A DNA stretch of 64,000 nucleotides, from positions 32,054,001 to 32,118,000 of the forward strand of contig CM069145.1 in NCBI GenBank assembly GCA_035221665.1. The letters run 5' to 3'. This stretch comes from Okamejei kenojei (Eukaryota). Below the pieces are notes generated by a model. That model was not told the DNA's origin. It did no database searches and saw only the letters and a program-made list of their open reading frames with translations. The position numbers and the translations under genes are program-made. How positions within the stretch are numbered: the first letter of the stretch is position 1; each line of letters starts with the position of its first letter. Of this stretch, positions 12,611 to 25,727 are shown in pieces.

Positions 12611-14877
12611 TTAATCAATTTGTAAAGTTTACTTTTGCAAATATTGTATCCTAAGTGGTATTTTTCTACCCTTATTTCCTTTGGAGCTGGACGTACGATT
12701 AATTCCACGGACTATCAAAATAATGTTGAGTATTATTATTATTATCGTAACATTTTCAATCCGGCTTTCAACTTAACATTACATGTGTATTGTGTATGAC
12801 ATCGTTTTTTGTGGTCCAGGGCTTTCATTTGACAAAATAAATGATCTGATCTGCAAATGTAAACCCATGAACTGCACTGACCACACAACAAACAGAATCG
12901 CTTTCTGACTTCACATCATAGAGAGCTTTGAAGGTCTCTGATCTGCACTAGGTACAACTTCAAGGCCTCTGATATTGTTACCATGCAGGTTTCTTAAGGT
13001 TAAGCTGGAAAATGTTCCAAGTAGCCGTGTTAAGAACCATAAGGTCATGGATAAGACTGCTTTAAAGTGACATCGTGTGTATAAGAGAGGAAATATTTCA
13101 CTTTCAATTACTAAAATAAACTTTATTTCCTAGCACACGTGTCGCACAGGAGGCGTGGTCATTATAAGTTACAGTTTGAATTGCTTCATGAACGGACTAT
13201 AGAATTAGGACTATTTTGCTGGAAACAATTTGACGCACATTCCTGGCTGTTTAGCCATGAACACTGAGTCCAGAGAATATCCGCAGGAGTCAACACACCC
13301 ATGACAACAATTTACTGCAATTGAAATTGGTGCTAACTCTGCTGATGTGAATCAGTTAAATGACCTTACGCATTACTTCAAAAAGATCGGATAAAAAGCG
13401 TATTGATATTTTTAGCTGTGGTTTGACAATACCAGTCAAAACTGATCGGCCAGGCACAAGTGGTGTATTTGTCACGTGGCAAAGCAGGAAAGTACGAGTA
13501 AGCATTGTTCCGTTAGAAGATATATACTTGTCAAGTTGTTTCAAGATCGACTCGGCCTAAAATGCCTTACCAAGAATATTTAAGGAAAACATATGTTGAA
13601 AAAAATATTCATTAAAGATAGGGCAATGACAAGTTCCGTGAAGTTTTATTTAATCACGTAGATAGCCCAGAAATTGTGCTTTGGAGCAGATTATACACAC
13701 GGTTCTCATTGTGTTAATATTTCAGTCTCTCTCCGCCAACGTCCAAATGTTATTGCACAGAAAGCAGTCGGAATATTGTAAGCTAGAATCCCATAAATCT
13801 GTGGGAAATGGTATGTGAACCCCGGGGCATCCTAGGAAAGGTTACTTTCTGGATCCCCCAATGATTTGTGTACATCTTTCAGCAGCTACGTGGGGGAGGG
13901 AAAGATAATAAGGACAATAGAAGGAGACATTGATCATCTGTACCGGATGAAACGGTCCCACTAACTCAGTAGCCTACAGCTGCAAGAATGTTCTTCTTGG
14001 TATGGCCATAATGGTTAGAAATTGAACTTAATAGTCGATGTAAAGAGTGGAAATAGTATTGATTAAACTAATCTGAAAGAATAGGCTGTCAGTCCTACTT
14101 TGCTCGAATACTAAAATATGTAATCGGCTGCAAAGTGCCCTGGGAAGTCCTAGGACATTATATAAACATAGGCTATTTCTATATTATTGAAGTAAGACAT
14201 ATTTTCACCCACACAGTTGTGGAAAAATATATATTGACTATTTTAAGTATAATTAAACCGATAATAAGATTGGCGAGTACGCGCTGGTTTGGCTTTTTAG
14301 TGAGAGTGCACACAACGTCGGTACGTGAGTTGCACCGGGAAATAACACTACTGTTGTCCGTGCTTTAAATAGTGGGGTAATCTATCAATATTAATTAATT
14401 ATCTTTAATTAAAAAAAAAAGATTTCCGACCACAGGAAGTTGCAGTAACATTTCAAACAAGAACCATGAAAGGGAGGGGGGGGGGGGGGGGGGGGGGCGG
14501 GGGCGGTGCTGGTCCCACAGTGAAACCGAATTTACTGTCTGCATTGAAGCTGCGGCGTTCAAACTTTAGGTTTTAAATAGTGTCGAGATAAGTTGCAATA
14601 TGACTTATTGAGATGGAATTTTAGCTTAAATCTGTCTCACAAAGCGCTGTCTTTAGAATGACCTATCAACAAAGATCGCGATCAGTATGAAAAATCAATC
14701 TGAAACCGCGCTTTATTCTCTCGGTCCACTTCGGGAAGAGTTTGTGAACACTTAAACTGACAGATTTAAAAAAATAGAAACCTTCATGAACGCTAGCGAG
14801 ATGTTAGAAGTCGGGAAAAATGTAGGTATTAACTACATTTTTATATATTAAATGTTATTAACCCAAGTCGCACTAGC

Positions 14878-15112
14878 TTCTCATTTCACCCTGAAAACAG
14901 CTTACAGTTTCCTTTATCATCGTTGCTCTTTTTGCATATCTTTCATTCATTGTTCTTCATCTCTCCACATCACCGTCTATATCTCTCGTTTCCCTTATCC
15001 CTGACCAGTCTGAAGAAGGGTCTCGACCCGATACGTCACCCATTCCTTCTCTCTCAGAGATGCTGCCTGTCCCGCTGAGTTATTCCAGCTTTTTGTGTCT
15101 ATCTTAGGTTTT
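14878..15112 (+). mobile_element. Penelope-LTR-like hammerhead repeat (long copy, GAAA>GATA)
   Basis: Colinear with 7300-7533; the core carries a GATA substitution. Confidence 0.75.
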
Positions 15113-16854
15113 AACTCTGTTCTCCGACACTGACACGGGTTACTTAAGGTGAGACGCTCCACGATATGCAACTGCTCTTCTCTCGTTGCTATTTATTGAG
15201 GACTGGTGTAGCTTTCAAAAAAAGCAAACCGAGTTTCTGCTTGGGAACTGAATCCGAGCCCCAACAATGTATGATAGATAATCGGCTGAACAAGAAGTAA
15301 CAGGCTGGTTGAATTTAGAAAAAGATCAAAGTCCCACCTCCGCATAAGATGGCATTCCCACATTATGACATCGTATGACCAAGGTGCGCATACAATTAAA
15401 CAGACTTTTCCAATAAGCCTCTCCCAATATAAGCTGCAGAGAACTTATGCATAGAACTTATGATGGCCAATAATGCTATATAATACTGACAATATCTCAA
15501 AATAAACCTCAAGAATGAACATTATTTCGGGTTTACAGTTTTTAAATCAGTCAGCGTTGGATACCTACTGCTGCTTTTACAAAGCGCCATTTCTAATTAC
15601 ATTGAATGTTTTGCTCTCCCTATAGCCGATCGCTCGGGGTATTCGGTCAACACAGCGTTACACGCCACTTTTCAGCACTGCCCTGTGCATGCATTTGGTC
15701 AACCACATGTCATCAACACAACAGCAGCCACGTAGATCTCCGCTGCATTTTTAGGGGATTTATGCAATCTCCCAGTCTTTTGGGAATGGTGCACATTAGG
15801 AATGATCAAGATGCACATTGATCGCTCGGCTAATAAGAAATGGTCAGTATTACATTCCATACCCTTCTAGCGGGAATGCTTTGCGAAGTCCGCGGTGAAA
15901 ACTGCGTGAAATTGTAGTTAAAATGTATAATTGGAAGCGTTTTGCGGCACCACCTTATCAATCTCTACACGTTCCTGGGTTTAATTACGCGGGGACACGG
16001 ACACCTTACAGTTCGTGCAGGTTATGCTAATTATTTGACTTTGCAAAACCATCACTGATTTTTTTTTTAACCGACCTTCTAGAAAACGTTGCGCAGTTTG
16101 AATATTTTGAGAATAATTGTATTTAATCCCATTCCCAAAGCACATCAACCAGATTAATTCGATGCACGTTGCAATAATTTTTCAAGGAAGGATGGATTTA
16201 ATGGTGTAAAATAAAACAACATGATCCCTCCAAAGTGTTATGTGTACATGATACTCATACACACAGAGCTTCGGCAGTAAAAAATGCATTTAGAAACAAA
16301 ATCATGCAAACTATGTAGGTTTGGTACTGTTTTCTTACCATCACTTTCTTTAGAACTACCGGACCTACATGAAGTTGCTACTACACGATTCGCCAGAAAT
16401 TGTGTATCAACAATAATAAAATGGAGCATTGCAGTTTGGAAAATATTTCGCCGGCACTTTTGATTGGAATGCCAAGAGGCTACTGCACCCTTTTGTTTCT
16501 GTGTTTAATGCGGCATGTTTTCATCTCCAAATGAATGCAGTCTATATTTTGAACGTTTTTTTTGCCGTAGAAAACACTCCGAGGTGATGAAATATGACCG
16601 AGCACGCAAGAAGGCAACCCATGTGTTTTTGCACCAAGCGCCTGTTGATATCTTCGGCACATAAACAATTGAACATTGGCACTTAAAAAGTGATCATTTT
16701 TGTTTTGTTTTACATTAAACCAAATATTAATTCCACCCTTCCTTGACGAATTATGCACCGAATTAATTTAGTTGATAAATGAATTGGAATCCTTACGAAA
16801 TGCAAAGCCACCTTAAATGAACACGCGACAAAACAGAACATGTTCATAACGCGT

Positions 16855-16945
16855 GTCTTTGACCTGAAATATTAACCCAGTTTCTCGTCCACAGATGCTG
16901 CCTGGTCTACTGAGTGTTCTCAGCATTTTCTGTTCTTATTTCAGA
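16855..16945 (+). mobile_element. Older diverged Penelope-LTR-like repeat
   Basis: GACCTGAAATATTAAC...CCACAGATGCTGCCTGG..TACTGAGT...CAGCATTTTCTG. Confidence 0.55.
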
Positions 16946-17299
16946 ATTTTATTTTTGTTTTCATTAAATGAATACCTCAGGTTCGGTTATTTATTCGTGA
17001 TGAATCTTGCATTTGTCCTGATCTTTTCAGTTACCACAATTCCACCTTTTCAATATAAAAGTTGATAAATGTTAACATCAATACAAATAGCTATCTTGTA
17101 ATCAGTGAAACACAAAGCACAATACAATTAGGTAAGGTAATCAAGTAATTATTTAGATTAAGGTCAGACAAGGTAGCAGAAGCCTCATTTTAACTATCCG
17201 GGGCTCAAAGAAATACGCCTGGATAACTGAAACTATGAGGTCATCGTATGGGAAATAGGACTACTTGTATCTGTGTAGGTTTATATATGTATTTGTTAT

Positions 17300-17990
17300 T
17301 ATTGCCTCGTGCACCAATATGAGAAAAAATGCCTTCTGTCCAGGCAAATAGCATATGAGAGGTCCAAGAGTCTGATAACAGCAGGAAAGAAGCAGTTCTT
17401 TAACCTGATAGTGCATGGTTTCACACGTTTGTATCTTCTGTCTGGTGGGAGAGGGGAGAAGAGGGAATGGTCGGGGTGTAAATGGTTCTTGATTAATTTG
17501 TTTCCTTTGCCGAGGTAGCGTGAAGTGCGGATGGCATCGATGGCGGTGGGAGTGGGGGTAAGAGCGGAGGCAATTTTGCGTGATGGGTGGGGCTGTGTCC
17601 TCAACCCCCTGCGATTTCATGCCATCTTGGGCAATGCAATTGGCACACAAAGTTGTGACGCATCCTGATAGGACGCACTCCATGGTCCATCTCTAGGAAT
17701 TGGTAAGCGTCATTGGAGAAACGCCGAATTTCCGCAGTCTTCTGGAGAAGCGGGCGCCTTGGACTACTTTTATGGCGAAAGAATCAATGTGATTTGACGA
17801 GAATAGATGTTGGTGATTTGAACTTGAAGATCTAGACCGTCTCCAGCATCATTGATGCAGAATGGGGCACGTACTCGGCCCCGCTTTCTGAAGTCTATAA
17901 CCAACTCCTTCATTTTGCATACGTTGAGGGAAAGGGTCTTGTCTTGACACCATGTTAGTAAGCTCTCTTCATCTTTCCTGTACTCTGGGT
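17300..17990 (-). mobile_element. Rex1/Babar-type LINE RT C-terminal fragment
   Basis: WCQDKTLSLNVCKMKELVIDFRK, ECVLSGCVT and HPDHSLFSPLPPDRRYKRVKPCTIRLKNCFFPAVIRLL; frameshifted. Confidence 0.85.
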
Positions 17991-18329
17991 TTGGATTAAG
18001 ATCCGGCCTACTACCCGAAAAGGGAGTGACAGAGGAAATGATACATAAAGAAGTCTGCGACTTCCCCCAATTATGTGTGTTAATCTTCCACTGCATGGTT
18101 CACAGGCGATAAAGTTAAAGACGACGCACTTTTGCTTTATCACATTGACTACTATACGTATAACTCAAAGAAGATGCAGGGATTGCAGAGTGATATGGAA
18201 TTACATAATGTATGACCAACATTTTTATGTGCATCAACATATTTTAGCATAGATTAATTATTGAAGACGTTTCACTGTAGTTTTAGAACTGGTTTTGTGC
18301 GATACAGTACTTTGATTTAATTATGTAAG

Positions 18330-18515
18330 AATGAACTGCAAATGCTGGTTTAAACCGAAGATAGACACAAAAAGCTGGAGTAACTCAGCCGGACAGGCAG
18401 CATCTCTGGAGAGAAGGAATGGGTGACGTTTCGGGTCGCGACACCCATTCCTTCTCCAGAAATGCTGTCTGTCCCGCTGAGTTACTCCAGCTTTTTGTGT
18501 CCATCTTCGATTAAA
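18330..18515. mobile_element. Fold-back copy of the Penelope-LTR-like repeat, ~75-bp arms
   Basis: 18349-18425 is complementary to 18442-18515. Confidence 0.8.
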
Positions 18516-18558
18516 TATGTTATGCTTGGTTATTTTTATCGGGATGTAACATGTTAAA

Positions 18559-18572
18559 CCACTAGGTGGCAG
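18559..18572 (+). promoter_or_regulatory. CTCF motif
   Basis: CCACTAGGTGGCAG matches the CTCF core consensus CCASYAGRKGGCRS. Confidence 0.55.
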
Positions 18573-19129
18573 TCTGCACAAATATATTAGCAGAGAAGTC
18601 AGACACCACAGGAGATATACAATCACTTCAGTTTCTTTAAGTTTGGACTGAAAACACGTTACCGCTACACACCATAAGATGTGCGACTTTAAAACGGAAG
18701 CCATTCACAATAATTTAATGGGCATTAAGATCAGAATATGGTTGTGAATTATGTTTTGCCTCGCAAAATTATCAAAGCGACTCATTTTCCACATTAACAC
18801 ATCGATGCAGCTGCGAATGCGATACACCTCAATGTATGAAAAATATTAGATAAAACCAGTCATTTCCCCGTATATACAATTTAATGTTTAAAGGATATAT
18901 CCGAGAAAATAAATTCGATTATCTCGAATACTAAAAGTGTCATTAGTGTCTTTCAATGCTGAATTATTTTTTTAATAGAATCGAATTAGATTCTTTTTTT
19001 TGAAAAATGTAACTGTCGGTATCATTCTTCAGCTTGTTAAACCAATTTTGTGTGAATCTCAGTAACATACTGTGCTCAAGGACACGCGAGTAGTTGTCCA
19101 CGGATCCTTAATGGTAGCAATTCAAAGCA

Positions 19130-19745
19130 ACATTCTGGTTTCTATATTCCAGAAAAGATCTGATTGCACTTGAGAAGGTGAAGAAGAGATTCGTGGGGAT
19201 GTGGGCTGGATTAGAAAATGAATTTTAAAAAAAACAGGCTGAAACGATTTTCTTTGGAACAGGAGAATCTGAAGGGAGATTGGATTGAGACACTTGAAAC
19301 TGCACATGCAGGAATCTGGAGCAAAAATAAACTGCGAGTAGAACTCAATGTGTGAAGAAACACCTGTGATGGCAAAGGGATTGTCTAAGTTTCTAAGGAT
19401 TGGATTGCGGTGCATAATATTATCAGGGGCCTCGATAAAGTACCTGGAAGGAACCCATTTTCCTTTGCAGATGGGTCAAAATTCAGGAGACATGGATATA
19501 AAATAATTGGTAGGGGGATTAAAGGGGAGATGAGGAAATTATTTTCCATCACAAGATATTATGGCTCCGAATCTTGCTGGCTGAACCATAGGTAGAGGAA
19601 AAAAACACTCGTCACATTTAAAATGCATTCTTAAGGAGCCGTGGTCTGCAAGGTTCTGGAAACTGGGATTAGGTTGGTAACTCTGATTCAACCAGCATGG
19701 AAACACTCGTTTGAATGGCTTCTATCTGTGGTATAATTCTTCTGT
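19130..19745 (+). mobile_element. Degenerate CR1 LINE 3' fragment (interrupted)
   Basis: IIRGLDKV...SKFRRHGYKIIGRGIKGEMRKLFS. Confidence 0.7.
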
Positions 19746-20116
19746 GATTTTTTCCCTCGAATTAAACATTTTCCTTCCCCATAAATTATATTCTTACACA
19801 ATAAATTAAAAAAAAATTACCTCGATAGACACAAATATTTATTTGTACTGATCACTATACTCATACTCAACAAACTGTTACGGTGGTTTTTAACTGATTT
19901 TGGATTAAAACTACCTTTATCAGCAGAAATGACGGTACAAAACAACTCCTTCTTCTGTTTCTTGACTTCATTTTTAATTACCAACATAAAATTAAAATGT
20001 CCAATTGATGACAATACTCAATTGCAGTTTTGGGACGTAAAAGGGGAACATTTATTGACCCCTAATTAGTTTATAAAATGTTCAAATATAGCGCTCAAGC
20101 TTTATAACACATGTTG

Positions 20117-20588
20117 ATAGATAATAGATAATAGACAATAGACAATAGGTGCAGGAGTAGTCCATTCGGCCCTTCGAGCCAGCACCGTCATTCAATAGGA
20201 TCATGGCTGATCATCCCCAATCAGTACCCCGTTCCTGCCTTCTCCCCATATCCCCTGACTCCGCTATTTTCCAGAGCCCTATCCAGCTCACACTTGAAAG
20301 CATCCAGAGAACCTGCCTCTACCGCCCTCTGAGGCAGAGAATTCCACAGACTCACCACTCTCTGTGAGAAAAAGTGTTTCCGCGTCTCCGTTCTAAATGG
20401 CGTACTCCTTATTCTGCAACTGGGGCCCCTGGTCTGGACTCCCCCAACATCGGGAGCATGTTTCCTGCCTCTTGCGTGTCCAAACCCTTAGCAATCTTAG
20501 ATGTTTCAATGAGATCCCCTCTCATCCTTCTAAACTCCAGAGTGTACAAGCCCAGCTGCTCCCATCTCTCCGTATATGACAGTCCCGC
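20117..20588 (-). mobile_element. Young 5'-truncated CR1 LINE with 7-bp TSD
   Basis: MAGLSYTERWEQLGLYTLEFRRMRGDLIETSKI; (ATAGACA/ATAGATA)n tail; CATGTTG at 20110-20116 and 20589-20595. Confidence 0.9.
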
Positions 20589-23500
20589 CATGTTGGTTCA
20601 AAAGGCTACAGATTCATTGGATGGTCTATCGTCAATAGGATTCTGCAGAGTTTATATTATATGCCCCAACCAGCTGAGAGTTACATGTGTACATCTTGCG
20701 ATAAGGTATATTTCTACATTATACTTATGGTTTGAAACTCAATTTTTTGTTTGAAATTTGATTTGGTTTACTATTTTCCCTATCTTACTGCAGATAAACT
20801 GGGTGACAATTGAGCGGCTGGTGAGATACTCATGTGCATAAAAATATAGAGGTCTGACCATCACTTTCCGTGTGTGTCTGTGTACCTGTGTGGCCGCGCG
20901 CGCGCACACGCCTCGCAGACTTAACTTCAACAAGTGAATGGGCGAACAGGACTGTACTACAATAATACATACTTCTAATTTATATGTTAATATTCAATTG
21001 TGAACAATTCATCGTGCTAAATTGAAATAATGTAAAGCAATTATATCATGAACATGAATTTTCCGATTTCGCTTACTGAAACTGGCATTTTGAAACACTG
21101 AAGCGATCAGCATTAGATGCGGGATGGAATCCGCACGTTCAGGGTACCCCTATTTATGATTAAAAATCGAATTTAATTCAGGGACATATCAGAAACCCAT
21201 AACATATGGCACATGTTGCACATTGAGAGGGCGATATATTTCGGTTGCACGAATTCAACACGTTCTCACTGAGCAACGACAACTAAAACGTTTTTCCCTC
21301 AACACCATAACCCATTTATCTTTATTCACTGTTCCACATCTTCATTAGGTTACACTCTGCGTCCTGTTGAAGCTAACTTTATAGTACACATTTCCTTATT
21401 TTAACAGGAATTGCGCTTAACAGTAAACACAGGCAGACTTTCAAGAATGAAAGATAAATTGGACCGAATACTAATTCAATCTTTCCAGGCAAGTTCATAA
21501 AACTCTTTTTTTTCCCCATGGTGGAAACAAGATTGATTTACTTAACGATTACTTTTTCAGTAGTTCCAGGTTGATGGCAATTTGATGGAATTAAGAGCAT
21601 AAAATACCACCGGCGCCTTCAAATGAAGTTGCAACGGTGATTTATGAGAACAACAATCTAATTCTTGACTGAGGTCACTACGAATACCCATTAACTGACT
21701 TCCCTGGCTATTATTTTTGAATAATGCCGTTAATATCTCCACATAACTATTAAGGTTGCACAATCGCTTTGGATAACTTTATAAAACTGCTGTTTAAATA
21801 TAGGCTGTCCAGCAAAGGTTCCTCCGTGGACACACGCACCTGAAAGACTTGATAGGGCAATATAATGGCGCGGTTAGCACATCATGTCAGAAATACTCGC
21901 TCTGCTTTATCTTAACCATAAGTAGAATTTAATCAACAATCCAAAATGTAGCGAAGAACGTGGGTGGCAGAAAGGTGGGGACGAGAAGGTGGATGAGAGA
22001 AGGCGAGGAGGGCGAATGCAGAGGGGAGAGAATAAATAATCAGGTTTTTTTTTGGCCATTTGGTGGTCTTCTAATTTACAATATTTCTGGAATATTTCAT
22101 CTGAGATTTAACATACGTTTCAGAGTCCTCACGTTATGAAGATTGTCTACGATGCCATTGAAACCACATGCACATCTGTACCAACCGATAACAACAGTTT
22201 AATATTTATATACAGTTCAAATATCGAGCATATTTGGCTATTCAGAATCAATAAAGAACATTGCAGAGATAGATTGACAACATTTTTTCCAAGTCTCCCA
22301 AATACGTTACAAACTCTGCTCTGTAAACCTTCAATGCTAAAATGTAAATTGGTAATGGATTTTAAAGAGTATTACATTAAGATTAAAATACACCCCTTAC
22401 CCAACCTCAAGTTAGAAACTAGACAAATCTTTACAAAATAAGGGAGCGCAATACAAATGCTTACTTAACTCTTTCCTTCATCGCAATTATTTGTGTTTGC
22501 CGGTGGCAGTTCAGATTTAAGATGGAAGAGGTTTTGTTTTGATGCTTGCTGTTAAATTGAGTTTAAAATGGCAATTACTATCCGATTGTTTCTGGAGAGA
22601 CGAAAATGCGAATTAATATTCTTGCTCTATTAAAATAATGCAGAGTCATCACTTGATTTCACAGGAAGCCCCGTTACAGCGAGGAAGGTTTGATGATGTG
22701 ATTATGTGATAGTCTTGGATTGTTTATGAAAATGATCAGTACCATTTTTCTCCCTACTTTTGCCCGAGTATGATTGTTTGAATAAATGCAATTCCTCAGT
22801 CCTGTAAAGAGGGACAACTTATTGCATTTGCATTCTGTTTAATTGTTATGGTTGTTATGGATGAATTTGTTGGCAGGATATAGTTCAAATCTAAATGTTA
22901 TTATCTATAAATTCAGGACGTGATTTTGAAACGCATTAAAGCAATATTTCTTGTTGGATTCGAAGTTTTTTCAGATTTTTTCTTGACCTTGGTAGGTAAA
23001 CGTAAACTAAAGTGTGGCACTAGCCTGCGAATGGGTAAGTAGTATTAACAGTTATTATATAACAAGCAGAACAGCCTTCGCTTTGTTCCTGAATATACAT
23101 CTAACTTTATTTGTATTAACTTCTGAACTTATGGCAAAACGCAGAAATCAAGTAGGAGCTTAGTTTCACAGTATCAGTACTGTACTTCAATTCTAGCCGT
23201 GGATGAGGTCAGTCAGAATACATGAATAATTCAAAGCAATTCGCTACGATTTATATTCGACACTTCGGGATGAAATAAAGCATCGTTTCCCGAGCGCTCA
23301 AAACCAAACTGAACTATAAAGATGCGGGATTAGATTGAAAACTAGTGGGTGTATTGTACTCCAGAACTTAAAACCGAACCCCACCACAGGTCTAGAAAGG
23401 TCTTTGATCTGGCCCACCGGTCACTTTTACTAAACATGAAATAATAATTGAAAATCTAACCTTAATATAATGGAAATATTTTCTAACTGAAAGATATGAT

Positions 23501-24632
23501 TCAAATTATATTTAACCACATAACAGTGAATTTCATTGTAACTATGTTTAAAAAAAGGGCCGTTCATATAAATTATGTGAATCTTGCCCATAGGTAAGTC
23601 TTAAGATATTGTACAAGCGCTATCTGTGGTGATTCTTAAACTTGTTCAGTATTGAGGTAAAAAAAGGTCTGCTTATATTTGTGCTATACATTTATATATT
23701 ACTTCAATAAGGGTTTAAAATTCTCCAGGAAGGAAACGTGGGTGTAATAGGCTAGGCATTTCTGAAGGGCCCCATTCACCTATTCGCATGGAGCAAGAAT
23801 TGAATTAATTATGGTATCGAATATTAATAATGTGGAAATAATCTCCTTGACGTCACTCTTGCTGCGTTAATAACACACAAGAATAAAAAAAACCCGCGAT
23901 ATTTAAAACGTTTAGCGTTTAATTGCTGCGCCCCGATGAATCGCACCAGCCGTCGCCTTAACGCAATAATGAAAATGCACAATGGGACACAGTGCACTGT
24001 ACTTTCTTACTTTAAAGTGCCGATTGTCAACGTACAAAACCGCAGTGTTCACCCGGCAGAAGTGATAAGCGATCCGCTTTACAATATGTGCAAGGTCAAA
24101 TTCTAATTGCTACTATTCAATATTTCCGATGACATCTGATAAGAACAGCTACTGAAAGTCTGATTTCCTACCCAAAAGCATGTATGCAATGCATTTACTG
24201 TCACCCTGTTGGAGTCACCCTCCGCAAAGACAGTGCGAAAAAATGAAATCGTCGATTAACAAGATGTTTCCCCATTTAACCTTTCACCCTAAATGAATTT
24301 GGCAAATACCTGTTTACAGAGTTCTCTTGAATGATCGAGAGTGATACACAGAGACTTTTTTTTATTATATATTGAACGCAGCCCGACCTATTAACACACA
24401 GCAAGAGAAAAGGACATGAAAGCGCCCAGGAACCACACAGACTGCGCTGAGTCGATATAATTATCTAATAGCATAATTCCCCTACCTGGCCAATAGAAAT
24501 ATAGAGACTCAGTCCGAACAAGGTCCCTGGACGCGAGGCAGCAACTAAACCAAGGAGCGACCAGACACTAAGGGAGACTGCGCACTTTTCATTCGATGCC
24601 GATTTAAATTTTGTTGTTTTGGGGAATATTTT

Positions 24633-24665
<33 letters not shown>

Positions 24666-24992
24666 TTAATCCTGCGTTACTGTTATATATCGTGCGATGC
24701 GGGGTAAATTTAAAGAACGTTGCCACGTGAGCTGGAGAAAATTCAAGGAGCAGATTGGAAATCCACGCTTGCAAATTTGCTTCCGCAAAAGTTTCGTTTC
24801 TGCCTTTTTGCAGGAAGTGTTTATTTGCAAGAACCTCCGGCAATTCCAGTTGGGGTTTCGTCACGGGTGCCTGCCGACCATCTATTCCTTGCCGGACGAT
24901 GGAAGTGTGAGCGGTCGGCGAGGTTTTATTCGCCCGGTGCTCTGCTCCATTCCGTACGGACGGAATCCGCCTCTCCGGGTTTAAAGAGCAAT

Positions 24993-25339
24993 TGACGCAC
25001 TTAAGAGTCTCCCCTCAACCTCAAGGCGAGTAATAGCGACCAATCATCAAGCCATTACAGGGCTTCAGTGGAAGCTGTTTATGTGATATCAGCACTAATT
25101 AGCTCATGAACTAACAAGTCGTTTGCACAACTTTCCAGCCGTGTGATAAAGTGACCGCATAGATGGATTGTTCCTGGACTATGTGGCCACACCGCTTTTA
25201 AAGTGTTCGCGGACCAACTTTTAATGTACTCTTCCTCAATCTCAGCAGTAATACTTTTCTTTTGGGGGGAGCATCGCACAACCGCCCATTTCTCTCTCTC
25301 TCTCTCTCTCGCACTGAGGATATACTGACTGGCAAAACC
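24993..25339 (+). promoter_or_regulatory. Emx2 proximal promoter / 5' UTR conserved block
   Basis: CpG-rich; CCAAT at ~25040; TAATTA homeodomain site. The block GGCGAGTAATAGCGACCAATCATCAAGCCATT...GAAGCTGTTTATGTGAT...CACTAATTAG-CTCATGAACTAACAA resembles, from memory, the mammalian EMX2 5' leader (not aligned here). Confidence 0.7.
25291..25310. repeat. (TC)10 microsatellite in Emx2 leader
   Basis: Ten TC units ending 30 nt before the ATG. Confidence 0.95.
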
Positions 25340-25727
25340 ATGTTCCAGCCAACACCTAAGCGGTGTTTTACCATTGAATCTCTAGTCGCCAAGGACAGTC
25401 CACTGCCTGCTTCGAGATCAGAGGAACCTATAAGGCCAGCCGCCCTCAGCTATGCGAACTCTAGCCCCGTGAATCCATTCCTGAACGGCTTCCATACCAG
25501 CGGCAGGGCAATCTACTCCAACCCGGAGTTGGTGTTCGCTGACGCGGTCTCTCACCAAACCAACACGGCAGTACCGGTTCACCCTGTCCCTCCACATGCT
25601 TTAGCAGCGCACCCTCTTCAATCGTCCCATTCTCCACATCCCTTATTTGCATCGCAACAAAGAGATCCTTCGAGTTTCTATCCATGGCTAATACACAGGT
25701 ACAGATATCTGGGACACAGGTTTCAAG
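25340..25727 (+). CDS. emx2: Emx2 homeobox transcription factor, coding exon 1
   Basis: AAACC-ATG start; translates [19 protein letters not shown]...[17 protein letters not shown](G), the Emx2 N-terminus with eh1 motif FTIESLV; ends at CAAG|GTACGT donor, phase 1 (388 nt). Confidence 0.98.

Noticed and set aside
18349-18515. microRNA precursor hairpins
   Set aside because: The hairpins are fold-back copies of a dispersed repeat; no read evidence or recognisable miRNA family.
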